Under the pieces are notes generated by a model that worked only from the letters and a program-made list of their open reading frames with translations, searched no databases and was not told the origin of the DNA. The position numbers were made by a program, and so were the translations under genes. 64,000 nucleotides of DNA from Bacteroidota bacterium (GTDB taxonomy: Bacteria > Bacteroidota > Ignavibacteria > SZUA-365). The DNA is taken from contig QKAF01000099.1 in the NCBI GenBank assembly GCA_003246455.1, forward strand, positions 35,669 through 99,668, in the 5' to 3' direction. Positions 1 to 9,540 of this stretch are shown here, piece after piece; position 1 is the stretch's first letter; every line of letters starts with the position of its first letter.

Positions 1-1
1 G

Positions 2-1057
2 TTCATGCCCTCGACCATCCATTTCCAGCCCCCGAACGACCCCAGCGACCCCAACCACGCGGTCGCCATCATCGGCTGGGATGACGAGAAAACCACGCAG
101 GCGCCGCTTCCCGGCGCGTGGCTCGTGAAAAACAGCTGGGGGACGGCCTGGGGAGAACAGGGATTCTTCTGGATCTCGTACTACGATAAAACTTCCTGCC
201 GGCATCGCGAGATGGGCGCCGTATCGTTCCGCGGTGTCGAGCCACTCCGCTACAACCATATCTATGCGCATGATTACCACGGCTGGCGCGCGACGCGCAC
301 CGGCGTATCCGAGGCCTTCAACCGTTTCGTGGCGACCGCTACGCAGCGCATTTCCGCGGTCAGCTTCTACACCGCAGCAGACGACGTCGATTTCACCGTG
401 AACGTGTACCGGCATTTCAACGGTGACGCGCTGTTCGAAAACCGCAGCAGCCAGATCGGCAGTGCGGAACTGCGCGGACTGCATACGCTCGATCTCGAAA
501 CGCCTGTGGAGGTTCAGGCAGGCGATACATTCTATGTCGCGGTCACGCTCTCCGACGGGGGACACGCGTTCGACCGCACCTCATCCGTCGATGTATTGCT
601 GGGCGTGCTGCAGGGAGCGGCCACCGTTCCTTCCATCTCTCACGAGGGAGAAAGCATGTACCTGATCAACGGACAATGGCATGATCTCTATGAGTGGGAG
701 GATCTCCCCTGGCCCGCGCATACGGCGAATTTCTGCATCAAGGCGCTTGCGGTCAACGGCGGCGGAACGGCCGTGGAATCTCTGCCTGCCGCATCAACGC
801 CGGTACTTCATCAGAATTATCCCAATCCCTTCAATCCCTCGACGTTCATTCCGTTCACACTGCCGCAGCGCATGTGGTGCCGCCTGAGCGTCACCAACAT
901 GCATGGGGAAATCGTTTCCGTTCCCGCCGAGGGTGAATTCGATGCGGGGACGCATCGCGCGCTGTTCGATGCCGCCGATCTCCCCGCCGGTGTGTACGTG
1001 AGCACCCTGCTCACCGGGCGTGGAAGCATCATGAAGAAGATGATTCTCGTGAAGTAA
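2..1057 (+). CDS. C1 (papain-family) cysteine peptidase, C-terminal portion, with T9SS C-terminal sorting domain; N-terminus lies upstream of the window
   Basis: The frame is open to the window edge. NHAVAIIGWDDE and WLVKNSWGTAWGEQGFFWISYYD match the His and Asn/Trp active-site blocks of papain-like peptidases. The last ~80 aa (HQNYPNPFNPSTFIPF...GVYVSTL...KKMILVK) is the Por-secretion-tail signature. Confidence 0.8.
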   Translation, partial: FMPSTIHFQPPNDPSDPNHAVAIIGWDDEKTTQAPLPGAWLVKNSWGTAWGEQGFFWISYYDKTSCRHREMGAVSFRGVEPLRYNHIYAHDYHGWRATRTGVSEAFNRFVATATQRISAVSFYTAADDVDFTVNVYRHFNGDALFENRSSQIGSAELRGLHTLDLETPVEVQAGDTFYVAVTLSDGGHAFDRTSSVDVLLGVLQGAATVPSISHEGESMYLINGQWHDLYEWEDLPWPAHTANFCIKALAVNGGGTAVESLPAASTPVLHQNYPNPFNPSTFIPFTLPQRMWCRLSVTNMHGEIVSVPAEGEFDAGTHRALFDAADLPAGVYVSTLLTGRGSIMKKMILVK

Positions 1058-1121
1058 CAGCGCTGCAGCGGAGGCAGGAGCCTCGCCCTGCCGGCTGCGA
1101 GAGCGATGGAACGAAAACAGG

Positions 1122-1160
1122 AACGCCGTCCCGCAAGCAGCGCAGGACGGCGTTTTCCTT
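1122..1160. terminator. Bidirectional intrinsic terminator between convergent genes
   Basis: AACGCCGTCC (1122-1131) pairs perfectly with GGACGGCGTT (1145-1154). It is followed by TTTTCC on the + strand and preceded by AAAACAG, which gives a T-run on the - strand. Confidence 0.6.
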
Positions 1161-1178
1161 GATAGTGCAAGGGACGTG

Positions 1179-1619
1179 TTATTCCATGTCGACAGCGACG
1201 GGTTCTTTCTTCAGGATTTTCCCCGTTTCGCCAACCTGTACAACGAGCGCATTTTCCTCGCTCTCCAGCGTCATCTCGTAATACCTCCCATTCGGATTTT
1301 CCACGCGAACGACGTCGTACATGTCGTACTCGGGAAACTGTTTCGCAATGGCTTTCTGCACGGCGGACGGCACATCGGTATCCTCGAGGTACACCATCGT
1401 CAGAATCCATCCGCCGTCGGCATCGAAGCGCGCACTCATCTCGATACCCTTGAGAATGAACGTCGCCGTAAACTCGCCTTCCTCAAGTTCATCCCATACG
1501 ATCCCCTCCGCGTTTGCGAAACGCTGGGTGAACGCCGTTTCGACGGAAGCGGGGATGTCCTGCGCGCGAACGGCGACCGCGCACAGCACAAAGAGGAGGG
1601 CAACAGACAGAGTTTTCAT
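1179..1619 (-). CDS. PepSY-like small periplasmic protein with signal peptide
   Basis: The ATG at 1617-1619 gives the signal peptide MKTLSVALLFVLCAVAVRAQ. The two-lobed pattern (...FILKGIEMSARFDADG... / ...VVRVENPNGRYYEMTLE...) resembles putative PepSY_like domains. The 5' extension of the track ORF to 1733 has no support. Confidence 0.5.
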   Translation of the reverse strand: MKTLSVALLFVLCAVAVRAQDIPASVETAFTQRFANAEGIVWDELEEGEFTATFILKGIEMSARFDADGGWILTMVYLEDTDVPSAVQKAIAKQFPEYDMYDVVRVENPNGRYYEMTLESEENALVVQVGETGKILKKEPVAVDME

Positions 1620-1711
1620 GATTGATCTGTGATAAGAGATCCTGCCGCTTACCGGGCTGTTTGCACCGAGACGGCAAGCAAATATAATCGGCGGCACATT
1701 CATGCGAAAGG

Positions 1712-1745
1712 GAGGAAAAGAAGCGCCCCGCAAATGCGGGGCGCT
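1712..1745 (-). terminator. Intrinsic terminator downstream of nuoF
   Basis: Perfect 10-bp GC-rich stem AGCGCCCCGC (1722-1731) / GCGGGGCGCT (1736-1745) with a 4-nt loop, followed on the - strand by TCTTTTCCTCC. Confidence 0.7.
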
Positions 1746-1833
1746 GAATGGATTATCGTATTCGTGCGGCGGGGCCGGTCTCGCGGAATCCCGCGTCGCG
1801 GGTGCCTTCGTCTTCCGGAAACAGCTGACGGGA

Positions 1834-3090
1834 TTAGCGTTTCAGCTCGGCCTCGAACTCGTCACGGAAGCGCTCGATGGCGAACTTCACCGGCCAGGCG
1901 GCGGCGTCGCCGAGCGCGCACACCGTATTGCCCTCGATGTTTTTCGCGACGGAATGCAGGAGGTCGAGGTCCTTTGATTCGCCCTCGCCCGCGAGCATGC
2001 GGTTGAGCACCTTGAGCATCCAGCCGGTGCCTTCGCGGCAGGGCGTGCACTGACCGCACGATTCAACCTTGTAGAAATGCGTGATCCGGGTGAGAATGCG
2101 CGTGAGGTCGGTGTCTTCGTCCATCACCATGATACCCGCCGTGCCGATCGCCGAACCTGCTTCCTTCAGGGAGTCCGCGTCCATGCGGATGCCGTCGAGC
2201 GCGTCGCCGCGGAGCGGGGGCATGGACGATCCTCCCGGGATCACCATCTTGATCTTCTTGCCGCCCGGCACGCCGCCGGCGACATCGTAAATCAGTTCCG
2301 TGAGCAGCATGCCCGTCGGCAGTTCATAGACGCCGGGCTTGTTCACGTGTCCGGAAATGCCGTAGAGGATCGGGCCGGGATGTTTCTCGGCGCCGATGGA
2401 CTTGAACCAGTCCGCACCCTTCTCGAAAATGACCGGGACGTTCGCGATGGTCTCGACATTGTTGATCGTGGTCGGACAGTCCCACAGTCCGCTCTGCGCG
2501 GGGAACGGCGGCTTGACGCGGGGATAGGGACGCTTGCCCTCGATGGAGTTCATCAGCGAACTCTCCTCGCCGCAGATGTAGGCGCCGGCACCGCGGTGCA
2601 CATAGATGTCGAGCGAATAATCGGTGCCGAAGGTCTCTTTCATCTTTTCGCCCGCGTAGCCTTTCGCATAGGCGTCGGCCACGGCTTTCTCCACCATCTG
2701 CACCCAGGTCTCGTATTCGCCGCGGATGTAGATGTATGCGGCCTTGATGCGCAGGGCATATCCCGCGATCAGGATGCCCTCGATCATGAGGTGCGGATTG
2801 AACTCGAAGATCTGACGATCCTTGAACGACCCGGGCTCTGATTCGTCGCCGTTGACGCAGAGGTAGTTGGGCTTCTCGCCCTGCTGCGGCATGAACGACC
2901 ATTTCAGACCGGTCGGGAACGCCGCGCCGCCGCGTCCGCGAAGACCCGACGCCTTGACGATATCGATGACGTCGGTGGGCTTCATGCCCAGCGCCTTCCG
3001 GATCTGTGCATAGCCGCCGTGCTGTTCGTACACGTCGATCCGGTGCAGATCGGGGATATTGGGAAGAATGACAGGCTGGTAATCGATCAT
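1834..3090 (-). CDS. nuoF: NADH-quinone oxidoreductase subunit F
   Basis: GLRGRGGAAFPTGLKW (NADH/FMN site) and the ESCGQCTPCREG 4Fe-4S N3 motif; 418 aa, typical length. Confidence 0.95.
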   Translation of the reverse strand: MIDYQPVILPNIPDLHRIDVYEQHGGYAQIRKALGMKPTDVIDIVKASGLRGRGGAAFPTGLKWSFMPQQGEKPNYLCVNGDESEPGSFKDRQIFEFNPHLMIEGILIAGYALRIKAAYIYIRGEYETWVQMVEKAVADAYAKGYAGEKMKETFGTDYSLDIYVHRGAGAYICGEESSLMNSIEGKRPYPRVKPPFPAQSGLWDCPTTINNVETIANVPVIFEKGADWFKSIGAEKHPGPILYGISGHVNKPGVYELPTGMLLTELIYDVAGGVPGGKKIKMVIPGGSSMPPLRGDALDGIRMDADSLKEAGSAIGTAGIMVMDEDTDLTRILTRITHFYKVESCGQCTPCREGTGWMLKVLNRMLAGEGESKDLDLLHSVAKNIEGNTVCALGDAAAWPVKFAIERFRDEFEAELKR

Positions 3091-3136
3091 GGTTGCTACT
3101 CTGATTCGGCGAATGCTGATCGGATGCGGCGGGGGC

Positions 3137-3610
3137 TCAGCCCTTCGCCTTCATCGTGTCGATGAGTTCGTTGATCTTTTCTGGAGTCAGGTTTTCGTGA
3201 TACTGCTTGTTGAGCGAGAGCACGGGCGCGGTGCCGCAGGAGCCGAGACACTCGACTTCATGTACCGAGAACAGACCGTCGTCGGTCATCTCGCCGATGC
3301 CGATGCCGATCTTGTCCTTGATGGTCTTGAGCACCATGTCGGAATTGCACAGCATGCAGGAGACGTTGGTGCAGACCTGCAGTTTGTACTTCCCTGTCGG
3401 GTGCTGGTGGTACATTTCGTAAAACGTCGCCACACCCAGCACCTTTTCCTCGGGCACGTCGATGAGCTTCGCCACGTAGGCGATGCCCTTTTCGTCGACG
3501 ATGCCGGCCTTATCCTGGTACATGTGCAGCACGCCCATCACCGCGGCGAGATTCGTCGGGTAGTGGGACCTGATCTCTTCGACTTTCTGGAGTTCTTCTT
3601 CGGTAAACAT
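3137..3610 (-). CDS. nuoE: NADH-quinone oxidoreductase subunit E
   Basis: 2Fe-2S thioredoxin-like pattern VCTNVSCMLC...ECLGSCGTAP; located between nuoD and nuoF. Confidence 0.9.
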   Translation of the reverse strand: MFTEEELQKVEEIRSHYPTNLAAVMGVLHMYQDKAGIVDEKGIAYVAKLIDVPEEKVLGVATFYEMYHQHPTGKYKLQVCTNVSCMLCNSDMVLKTIKDKIGIGIGEMTDDGLFSVHEVECLGSCGTAPVLSLNKQYHENLTPEKINELIDTMKAKG

Positions 3611-3628
3611 CGGCTTGCGTTTCGGTGA

Positions 3629-4933
3629 TTATTTGTCGGCCTCGCCCATCACGGGATCGAGGCTGCCGAGGACGGCGAGAATGTCGGAAAGCAGGTGCCC
3701 TTTCAGCAGCATGGGCAGCGCCTGCAGGTTGCAGAATGACGGGGAACGGATCTTCAGCCTCCAGGGGTGTCCCTCTCCGCGGCTGACGATATGGAAGCCC
3801 AGCTGTCCCTTCGACGATTCGATGGCATGATACACTTCGCCCGACGGCGGATTGACGCCGTGGTTGATGATCATGAAGTCGTGGATCAGTTCTTCCATGC
3901 GCGTGTAGATGCGCTCCTTGCGCGGCAGCACCTTCTTGGGCTCGTGCGCGTGGACGGGGCCCGCGGGCAGCTTGTCGAGGCACTGGTACACGATTTTCAG
4001 GCTTTCTTTCATTTCGCGCAGACGCACGTAGTAGCGCGCGAGCGAATCTCCTTCGTTCTCGGTGATCACGTCGAAATCGAGCTGATCGTAGACGAGATAC
4101 GGATTGTCGCGGCGCAGATCGAGCGGAATGCCGGAACCGCGGAGATTCGGACCGGTGAGTCCGATTGCCAGCGCCTGTTCGGCGGAGATCACGCCGGTAT
4201 TCCGGCAGCGGTCGAAGAAAATCCGGTTGCGGTTGAGCAGGCGCTCCCCTTCGTCGAGGCGTGCGAGGAACTGGTCGGCAAAGGCGCGGATCGCCGCGGT
4301 GCCTTCGTCGGTGATGTCCTGCGCGATGCCGCCGATGCGCGTGAAACTGGTCGTAAAGCGCGCGCCGACCACGAGGTCGAAGATGTCATGGATTTTCTCG
4401 CGTTCGCGGAAGCACCAGAGCAGAAGCGTCATGGCGCCGACATCCATCGCCATGACGCCGAAGCCGACGAGATGCGAGGAGATGCGTGCGAGTTCGGCCA
4501 GCAGCGTCCGGATGTACTGCGCGCGCAGCGGCGCCTCTATGCCGAGCAGTTTCTCGACCGCGAGGATGTACCCGATGTTGTTATGCACCGGCTGCAGATA
4601 GTCGAGCCGGTCGGTATGCGTGATGAACTCGTGGTAGGATTCATTCTCGGCGATCTTTTCGTATCCGCGGTGCAGGTAGCCCAGCTCGGGCATGGCGCTG
4701 ATGATGGTTTCGCCGTCGAGGCGCAGAAGGATACGCAGCACACCGTGGGTCGCAGGGTGCGAGGGTCCCATGTTGAGGATCATATCGTTCTCGAGCGGAT
4801 CGTCGAACGAGAGATCGGGATCCATATCGAGCAGTGCCTGAAGGAGCTTGGTACGCTTTTCCTTGGGCGGGAGATGATCGGTCGGAATCGGGGCGTCGAA
4901 CAGGTCGTGCGTGGATTTCGTCTTTTCGCTCAT
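3629..4933 (-). CDS. nuoD: NADH-quinone oxidoreductase subunit D
   Basis: MILNMGPSHPATHGVLR N-terminal block and RIRSPSF...DPVMGEADK C-terminal block of the 49-kDa subunit. Confidence 0.95.
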   Translation of the reverse strand: MSEKTKSTHDLFDAPIPTDHLPPKEKRTKLLQALLDMDPDLSFDDPLENDMILNMGPSHPATHGVLRILLRLDGETIISAMPELGYLHRGYEKIAENESYHEFITHTDRLDYLQPVHNNIGYILAVEKLLGIEAPLRAQYIRTLLAELARISSHLVGFGVMAMDVGAMTLLLWCFREREKIHDIFDLVVGARFTTSFTRIGGIAQDITDEGTAAIRAFADQFLARLDEGERLLNRNRIFFDRCRNTGVISAEQALAIGLTGPNLRGSGIPLDLRRDNPYLVYDQLDFDVITENEGDSLARYYVRLREMKESLKIVYQCLDKLPAGPVHAHEPKKVLPRKERIYTRMEELIHDFMIINHGVNPPSGEVYHAIESSKGQLGFHIVSRGEGHPWRLKIRSPSFCNLQALPMLLKGHLLSDILAVLGSLDPVMGEADK

Positions 4934-4936
4934 GGG

Positions 4937-5464
4937 TTAACCTCGATTCGGCAGCGGCAGCGCGCCGGGAATTCCCATCAGCGGGTAATCCTTCCGCAGC
5001 GGGTAGTACTCGAAATCCTCCGGCATATAGGCACGCCGCAGATCGCGGTGTCCGGGGAACGTGATCCCGTACATGTCGAATGTCTCGCGTTCGTACCAGC
5101 CCGCGCCCGGAAACACGCCGGTGATGCTCGGGACGGAGGGATCGTTTTCCTCGACGCGCACCTTGAGATGGATGCGCTGCTTGCACGTGAGGGAGAAGAA
5201 ATGGTAGTTCACCTCGAAACGCTGCTTCCGCGTCCAGGCATCGATGCCGAACACGTCTTCGCACAGGGGGAAGGGGCAGGCTTCATTGTCGCGCAGCCAC
5301 GTGGCCACATCGACGATCGCGGCGCGTCCGACGACGACGATCACATCGTCGCGGAACTCGCGCACCTCTTCCACCGCGTCGCCGAAGCGCTCGCGGAGGG
5401 AATCCACGGTTTGTTGCAATACGTTGTTCATGTACTTCGTGCGGAGTTGCGCGTCACCGTTCAT
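4937..5464 (-). CDS. nuoC: NADH-quinone oxidoreductase subunit C
   Basis: The block ...PGAGWYERETFDMYGITFPGHRDLRR... is the 30-kDa subunit signature. It is separate from nuoD (3-nt gap). Confidence 0.9.
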   Translation of the reverse strand: MNGDAQLRTKYMNNVLQQTVDSLRERFGDAVEEVREFRDDVIVVVGRAAIVDVATWLRDNEACPFPLCEDVFGIDAWTRKQRFEVNYHFFSLTCKQRIHLKVRVEENDPSVPSITGVFPGAGWYERETFDMYGITFPGHRDLRRAYMPEDFEYYPLRKDYPLMGIPGALPLPNRG

Positions 5465-5485
5465 GGAGCGAACGGCGAAAGCGGA

Positions 5486-5992
5486 TTATGAGACGATGAT
5501 CGGTTCGTTGCTGTTGCGGTAGTCGAGCACGCTGGAATGCTGCACGATTTCCTGCAGCTTGATCAGCGCGTTGAACAGGTTTTCGGGACGCGGCGGACAG
5601 CCGGCGGTGAACACATCGACGGGCAGGAACTGGTCGATGCCCTGCACGACCGAGTAGCTGCGGAACATGCCGCCCGAGGAGGCGCAGGCGCCCATGGCGA
5701 CCACCCAGCGGGGTTCGGCCATCTGGTCGTAGATCTTGCGCACGACATGGGCCATTTTATAGGTGACGGTTCCCGCCACGATCATCACGTCGGACTGCCG
5801 GGGAGAGAAGCGCATGACTTCCATGCCGAAGCGGGAAATGTCGTGACGCGGATCGCCGGCGGACATCAGTTCGATGGCGCAGCAGGAGAGTCCCATCGGC
5901 ATGGGCCAGAGCGAATTCTTCCGCGCCCAGCCGATGAGCGCGTCGAGCTGCGTGGTGAGATATCCTTCACCAAGCGCGGATTCTAATCCCAT
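5486..5992 (-). CDS. nuoB: NADH-quinone oxidoreductase subunit B
   Basis: N2-cluster Cys ligands in [16 protein letters not shown] and GCPPRPE. I place the start at the ATG at 5990-5992 (MGLESAL...), which overlaps the nuoA stop by 10 nt. The track ORF extends to 6076. Confidence 0.9.
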   Translation of the reverse strand: MGLESALGEGYLTTQLDALIGWARKNSLWPMPMGLSCCAIELMSAGDPRHDISRFGMEVMRFSPRQSDVMIVAGTVTYKMAHVVRKIYDQMAEPRWVVAMGACASSGGMFRSYSVVQGIDQFLPVDVFTAGCPPRPENLFNALIKLQEIVQHSSVLDYRNSNEPIIVS

Positions 5993-6339
5993 CGCAGGGC
6001 TCCTTTCTTCAATTCGTAGATAAAGCCGACGGCCAGCACGACGACAAACACGAGCATGACCACGAAGCCCGGCCATCCGAGTTCCCTGAAGCGCACCGCC
6101 CAGGGATACATGAACACCACTTCGATGTCGAAGATGATGAAGGAAAGGGCCACCATATAGTATTTGACCGAGAAGCGATAATGCGCCGTGCTTACGGGAT
6201 CAACACCGCTCTCGTACGTGCTCTGTTTCTCGCGGTAGGGACGCTGCGGTCCCAGCAGCCACGACATATTGACCGACACGACGCCAAAGATCGCCGCCAC
6301 GCCGATGATCAGGAATATGGGAATGTAGCTTTCGATCAT
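5983..6339 (-). CDS. nuoA: NADH-quinone oxidoreductase subunit A
   Basis: 118-aa three-TM protein with the YESG.DP and FIIFDIE..F.YPW blocks. Confidence 0.9.
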   Translation of the reverse strand: MIESYIPIFLIIGVAAIFGVVSVNMSWLLGPQRPYREKQSTYESGVDPVSTAHYRFSVKYYMVALSFIIFDIEVVFMYPWAVRFRELGWPGFVVMLVFVVVLAVGFIYELKKGALRWD

Positions 6340-6440
6340 GTCTCGTAACGAAAGTTGTTACCGTTAAGTAAAGCAATGTAGGAAAAAGTCCGTAGATCAC
6401 CAACGGGGGTTGGCTTCGTCCCGCTTCGCGGACTCAGCCG

Positions 6441-6545
6441 CGGGAGCCTTCGGCGCGGGAGCCTTCGGCGCGGGAGCCTTCGGCGCGGGAGCCTTCGGCG
6501 CGGGAGCCTTCGGCGCGGGAGCCTTCGGCGCGGGAGCCTTCGGCG
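6441..6545. repeat. Perfect 15-bp tandem repeat, 7 copies (CGGGAGCCTTCGGCG)
   Basis: Copies read directly at 6441, 6456, 6471, 6486, 6501, 6516 and 6531. The array ends exactly at the stop codon (6546-6548) of the acyl-CoA synthetase gene and lies upstream of nuoA. Confidence 0.98.
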
Positions 6546-8378
6546 CTAGGTGCGGTACATCGACTCGATCAGATCGCCGTAGCGCTCCTCGATGGCCTTG
6601 CGGCGGAGCTTCATGCTGGGCGTCATCTGCTCGTTTTCGATGGAAAATGCCTGGTCGAGCAGGGTGAAGCGCCGCACTTTCTCGAAATTGGCGAGGTCTT
6701 TCTGGGCGTTTTGAATGGTCTTTTCAATCAACCTGTTGATTTCGCTGTTCTTAACCAGTTCCGATTTATCGCTGTACGGGATGCCGTGCGCATCGGCGTA
6801 CTCCCTGAGCGCGTCGAAATCGGGAACGATCAGCGCGGTGAGGAACATGCGCTTGTCGCCGATCAGGACGAACTGGTCGATGTATTCGACACCGGCGAAC
6901 AGGCTTTCGATCGGCTGCGGCGCGATGTTCTTTCCGCCGGAACTGACGAACAGATGCTTCTTCCGGTCGGTGATGTAGAGCATTCCCTGGTCGTCCATCG
7001 TTCCGATGTCGCCGGTATGCAGCCAACCTTCGCTGTCGATCGCTTCCTCGGTGGCTTTCTTGTTGTTGTAGTACCCTTTCATGACGTGGGGACCGCGGGT
7101 GAGAATCTCGCCGTCCTCGGCGATCTTCACCTCCACGCCGGGGAGCGGCTGTCCCACGGATCCGAAGCGGTGATTGTCGATGCGGTTGGCGGCGATGACC
7201 GGAGAACTCTCGGTCAGCCCGTACCCCTCGATGATCAGCAGGCCGACGGCCTCGAAAAACTCCCCGAGTTCGCGCGGCAGCGCGGCACCGCCGGAAACGA
7301 AGTAGCGGATGCGTCCGCCCGTGCGCGCTTTCAGTTTGGAGAACACCAGCTTGTCGGCCATCCCGTACTGCGTGCGCAGCAGCATGCCGGCCCCCCTGTG
7401 CTTCTGCGCCTTCACATATTTCCTGCCCGTGGCCACGGCGGCGTAGAAAATTTTCTTCTTCACGCCCGAATCCTTCTCCACCATGCGGGCGATGCGGTTG
7501 TAGATGCGCTCGAACAGCCGGGGCACGGCGATGACGATCGTCGGTTTCACCTCGACCATGTTTTCCGCGACCGTCTCGATGCTCTCGGCGAACGCCGTGG
7601 AGGCGCCGCAGGACATCGCGGTGTAGTATCCCGCCATGCGCTCGAACACGTGGCAGAGCGGGAGGAAGGAAAGCAGCAGGTCGGTGTCGGTGATCGGAAG
7701 CACTTGCGCCGCGGCGGTCACATTCGACACGAAATTGTTATGCGTGAGCATCACGCCTTTCGGATTCCCGGTGGTGCCCGACGTGTAGATGATCGTACAG
7801 AGATCGTCGGGTTTGATCGTGATGGATGCCTCGCGGAGAGCGTTGGGTCGCGCGGCGTGCTCGGCACGGCCGGACCCCAGCACCTCGGTGTAGCGAAGCA
7901 CATCCGCCGGAAGGTCGTCGATGTCGCTCATCATGATGACGTGCTTGAGCGTTTTCACGTTCCTGCGAATCTTCTGCACTTTGGCGAGCTGAAAGCGGTT
8001 CGAAACGAACATGATCGACACGCCCGCGTCGTTGAGGATGTACTCGATCTGTGAGGCGGTCTGCGACGGAAAAATCGGAACGTCCAGCGCCCCGTGGAAG
8101 AGCAGCGCCTGATCGGTCACCACCCATTCAGGACGGTTTTCCGCCAGGAGCCCCACCCTGTCTCCCCGGGCGATGCCGAGCGTCGCGAGCCCGTGATGCA
8201 GGCATGCGACCTGTTCGCGGATTTCACTGTAGAGGAGGGGACGATACGCACCGTCCACCTTTCTCAGGAAGAGCGGACGGCTGTCATGCATGTACTTGTC
8301 CGTGAGATTGAGAAACATCTCAGGGATCGTGGCGAAGGTCACTGCCAGACTCATGATGAAACCGTGGTTGGTGGGCAT
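6546..8378 (-). CDS. Long-chain acyl-CoA synthetase (AMP-dependent synthetase/ligase)
   Basis: AMP-binding signature IIYTSGTTGNPKGVMLTH, plus GWLHTGDIG and GGKNIAP blocks. The start is ATG 8376-8378 (MPTNHG) or 8352-8354 (MSLAVTF). The upstream Cys/Gly-rich part of the track ORF is unlikely to be coding. Confidence 0.85.
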   Translation of the reverse strand: MPTNHGFIMSLAVTFATIPEMFLNLTDKYMHDSRPLFLRKVDGAYRPLLYSEIREQVACLHHGLATLGIARGDRVGLLAENRPEWVVTDQALLFHGALDVPIFPSQTASQIEYILNDAGVSIMFVSNRFQLAKVQKIRRNVKTLKHVIMMSDIDDLPADVLRYTEVLGSGRAEHAARPNALREASITIKPDDLCTIIYTSGTTGNPKGVMLTHNNFVSNVTAAAQVLPITDTDLLLSFLPLCHVFERMAGYYTAMSCGASTAFAESIETVAENMVEVKPTIVIAVPRLFERIYNRIARMVEKDSGVKKKIFYAAVATGRKYVKAQKHRGAGMLLRTQYGMADKLVFSKLKARTGGRIRYFVSGGAALPRELGEFFEAVGLLIIEGYGLTESSPVIAANRIDNHRFGSVGQPLPGVEVKIAEDGEILTRGPHVMKGYYNNKKATEEAIDSEGWLHTGDIGTMDDQGMLYITDRKKHLFVSSGGKNIAPQPIESLFAGVEYIDQFVLIGDKRMFLTALIVPDFDALREYADAHGIPYSDKSELVKNSEINRLIEKTIQNAQKDLANFEKVRRFTLLDQAFSIENEQMTPSMKLRRKAIEERYGDLIESMYRT

Positions 8379-8524
8379 AAAAGAGCGGTACGTCGGAAGA
8401 TACGACCGCGCGGGGGAGAAAGGCAATGCGGGAAGCGAACATCCGTCCCCCTGAAAACAACCGCAGGGGCACAGCATGCTGTGCCCCTGCAATGGCGAAC
8501 CCAAATTCGAAACGGATTCCGAGC

Positions 8525-9106
8525 TTACTTTTTGCCCGAGCGGCCGGGCTTACGGATTTCGACGCCGTCGCGGCAGAGCGGACAGTCGTCGGGCTGGTGG
8601 GTGACGACATCGAGCGTCATCAGCGCGCTGGCGGGAATGCCGAAATCGACCTTGCCCCCGCTGCGGTCCACGAGGTACGCCAGGCCGACGATCTGCGCGC
8701 CGGTGGCCCTCACGCATTCGATCACTTCGAAGATGCTGCCGCCCGTGGTGACGATGTCCTCGACGAGCAGGACGCGGTCCTCCGGCGTGAGCGTGAAGCC
8801 GCGGCGCAGCACCATCGCGCCGTCGACACGCTCGGTGAACATCGCGCGCAGGCCAAGCTGCTTCGCGGTCTCATGCGCGAGAATGATGCCGCCGGTTGCG
8901 GGGCCCAGCACCACCGTGGGCTGCTCCGCCTTCCATTCCTCGGCGAACTCCCCGCACAGCTGCGCGGTCAGCGCCGGAAATTCGAGTACGCGGAACTTCT
9001 CCACGTAGTGCGGACTGTGCAGTCCCGACGTCAGGACAAAGTGTCCTTCAAGGAAAGCGCCGCATTCTTTGAACATTTCAAGTATTTCGTGCTGGCTTTT
9101 GGGCAT
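8525..9106 (-). CDS. pyrE: Orotate phosphoribosyltransferase
   Basis: GHFVLTSGLHSPHY and the PRPP loop VLLVEDIVTTGGS. Confidence 0.85.
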   Translation of the reverse strand: MPKSQHEILEMFKECGAFLEGHFVLTSGLHSPHYVEKFRVLEFPALTAQLCGEFAEEWKAEQPTVVLGPATGGIILAHETAKQLGLRAMFTERVDGAMVLRRGFTLTPEDRVLLVEDIVTTGGSIFEVIECVRATGAQIVGLAYLVDRSGGKVDFGIPASALMTLDVVTHQPDDCPLCRDGVEIRKPGRSGKK

Positions 9107-9221
9107 GGGAAGCTCCGGGAGAATATTGCTGATGGCAGATGGTAATGGCTGATGGCCGGTACGAAAGATACGGAGGTGCGGCGGAAGCTGAAAATCCCAG
9201 GGATATCCGATATCAGCGACC

Positions 9222-9500
9222 TTACAGTGCGGAATCGATCTCCTGCGCCATCGCGATATCCTTTTCGGTTATTCCGCCTTCGCTGTGCGTCGCCAGCGCG
9301 ATCGTCACCGTGTCGTAGCGGATATCAATATCGGGATGGTGATCGGCCTTGTCCGCGAGGATGGCGATCTGCATCACGAAGCCGATTGCGCGATGGAAGC
9401 TCGGGGCTTTGAATTGTTTCGTGATCTGTCCGTTTTCGACGGACCAGCCGGGCATCGAGGCGAGTGCGGCGTCGAGCTGTGCGGAAGAGAGAACGGGCAT
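9222..9500 (-). CDS. Pterin-4-alpha-carbinolamine dehydratase
   Basis: 92 aa with GW...I.K.F.F..F..A..F and the DHHPDIDIRYDTVTIALATH core of the PCD/DCoH family. Confidence 0.85.
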   Translation of the reverse strand: MPVLSSAQLDAALASMPGWSVENGQITKQFKAPSFHRAIGFVMQIAILADKADHHPDIDIRYDTVTIALATHSEGGITEKDIAMAQEIDSAL

Positions 9501-9540
9501 CGGGAATCTCCGGAGTTAGTTCGTTGTGACAGACACAAGT

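Noticed and set aside
3629-4933. An unusual NuoD N-terminal extension or a nuoCD fusion
   Set aside because: nuoC and nuoD are separate ORFs with their own stop and start. The extra ~25 N-terminal residues of NuoD fall within normal variation.
3767-5491. 574-aa + strand ORF opposite nuoC/nuoD
   Set aside because: It lies antisense to two strongly conserved genes. The translation is Arg/Ala/Asp/His-rich low-complexity sequence typical of GC-rich antisense frames, and it has no recognisable motif.
6441-6545. Possible CRISPR array
   Set aside because: The repeats are only 15 bp long and directly adjacent, with no spacers. There are no cas genes in the window.
6410-6667. 85-aa + strand ORF translating the tandem repeat as (GAFGA)n
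   Set aside because: The ORF exists only because the 15-bp unit keeps the frame open. It runs into the antisense of the acyl-CoA synthetase gene and has no start context, so I treat the repeat as non-coding DNA.
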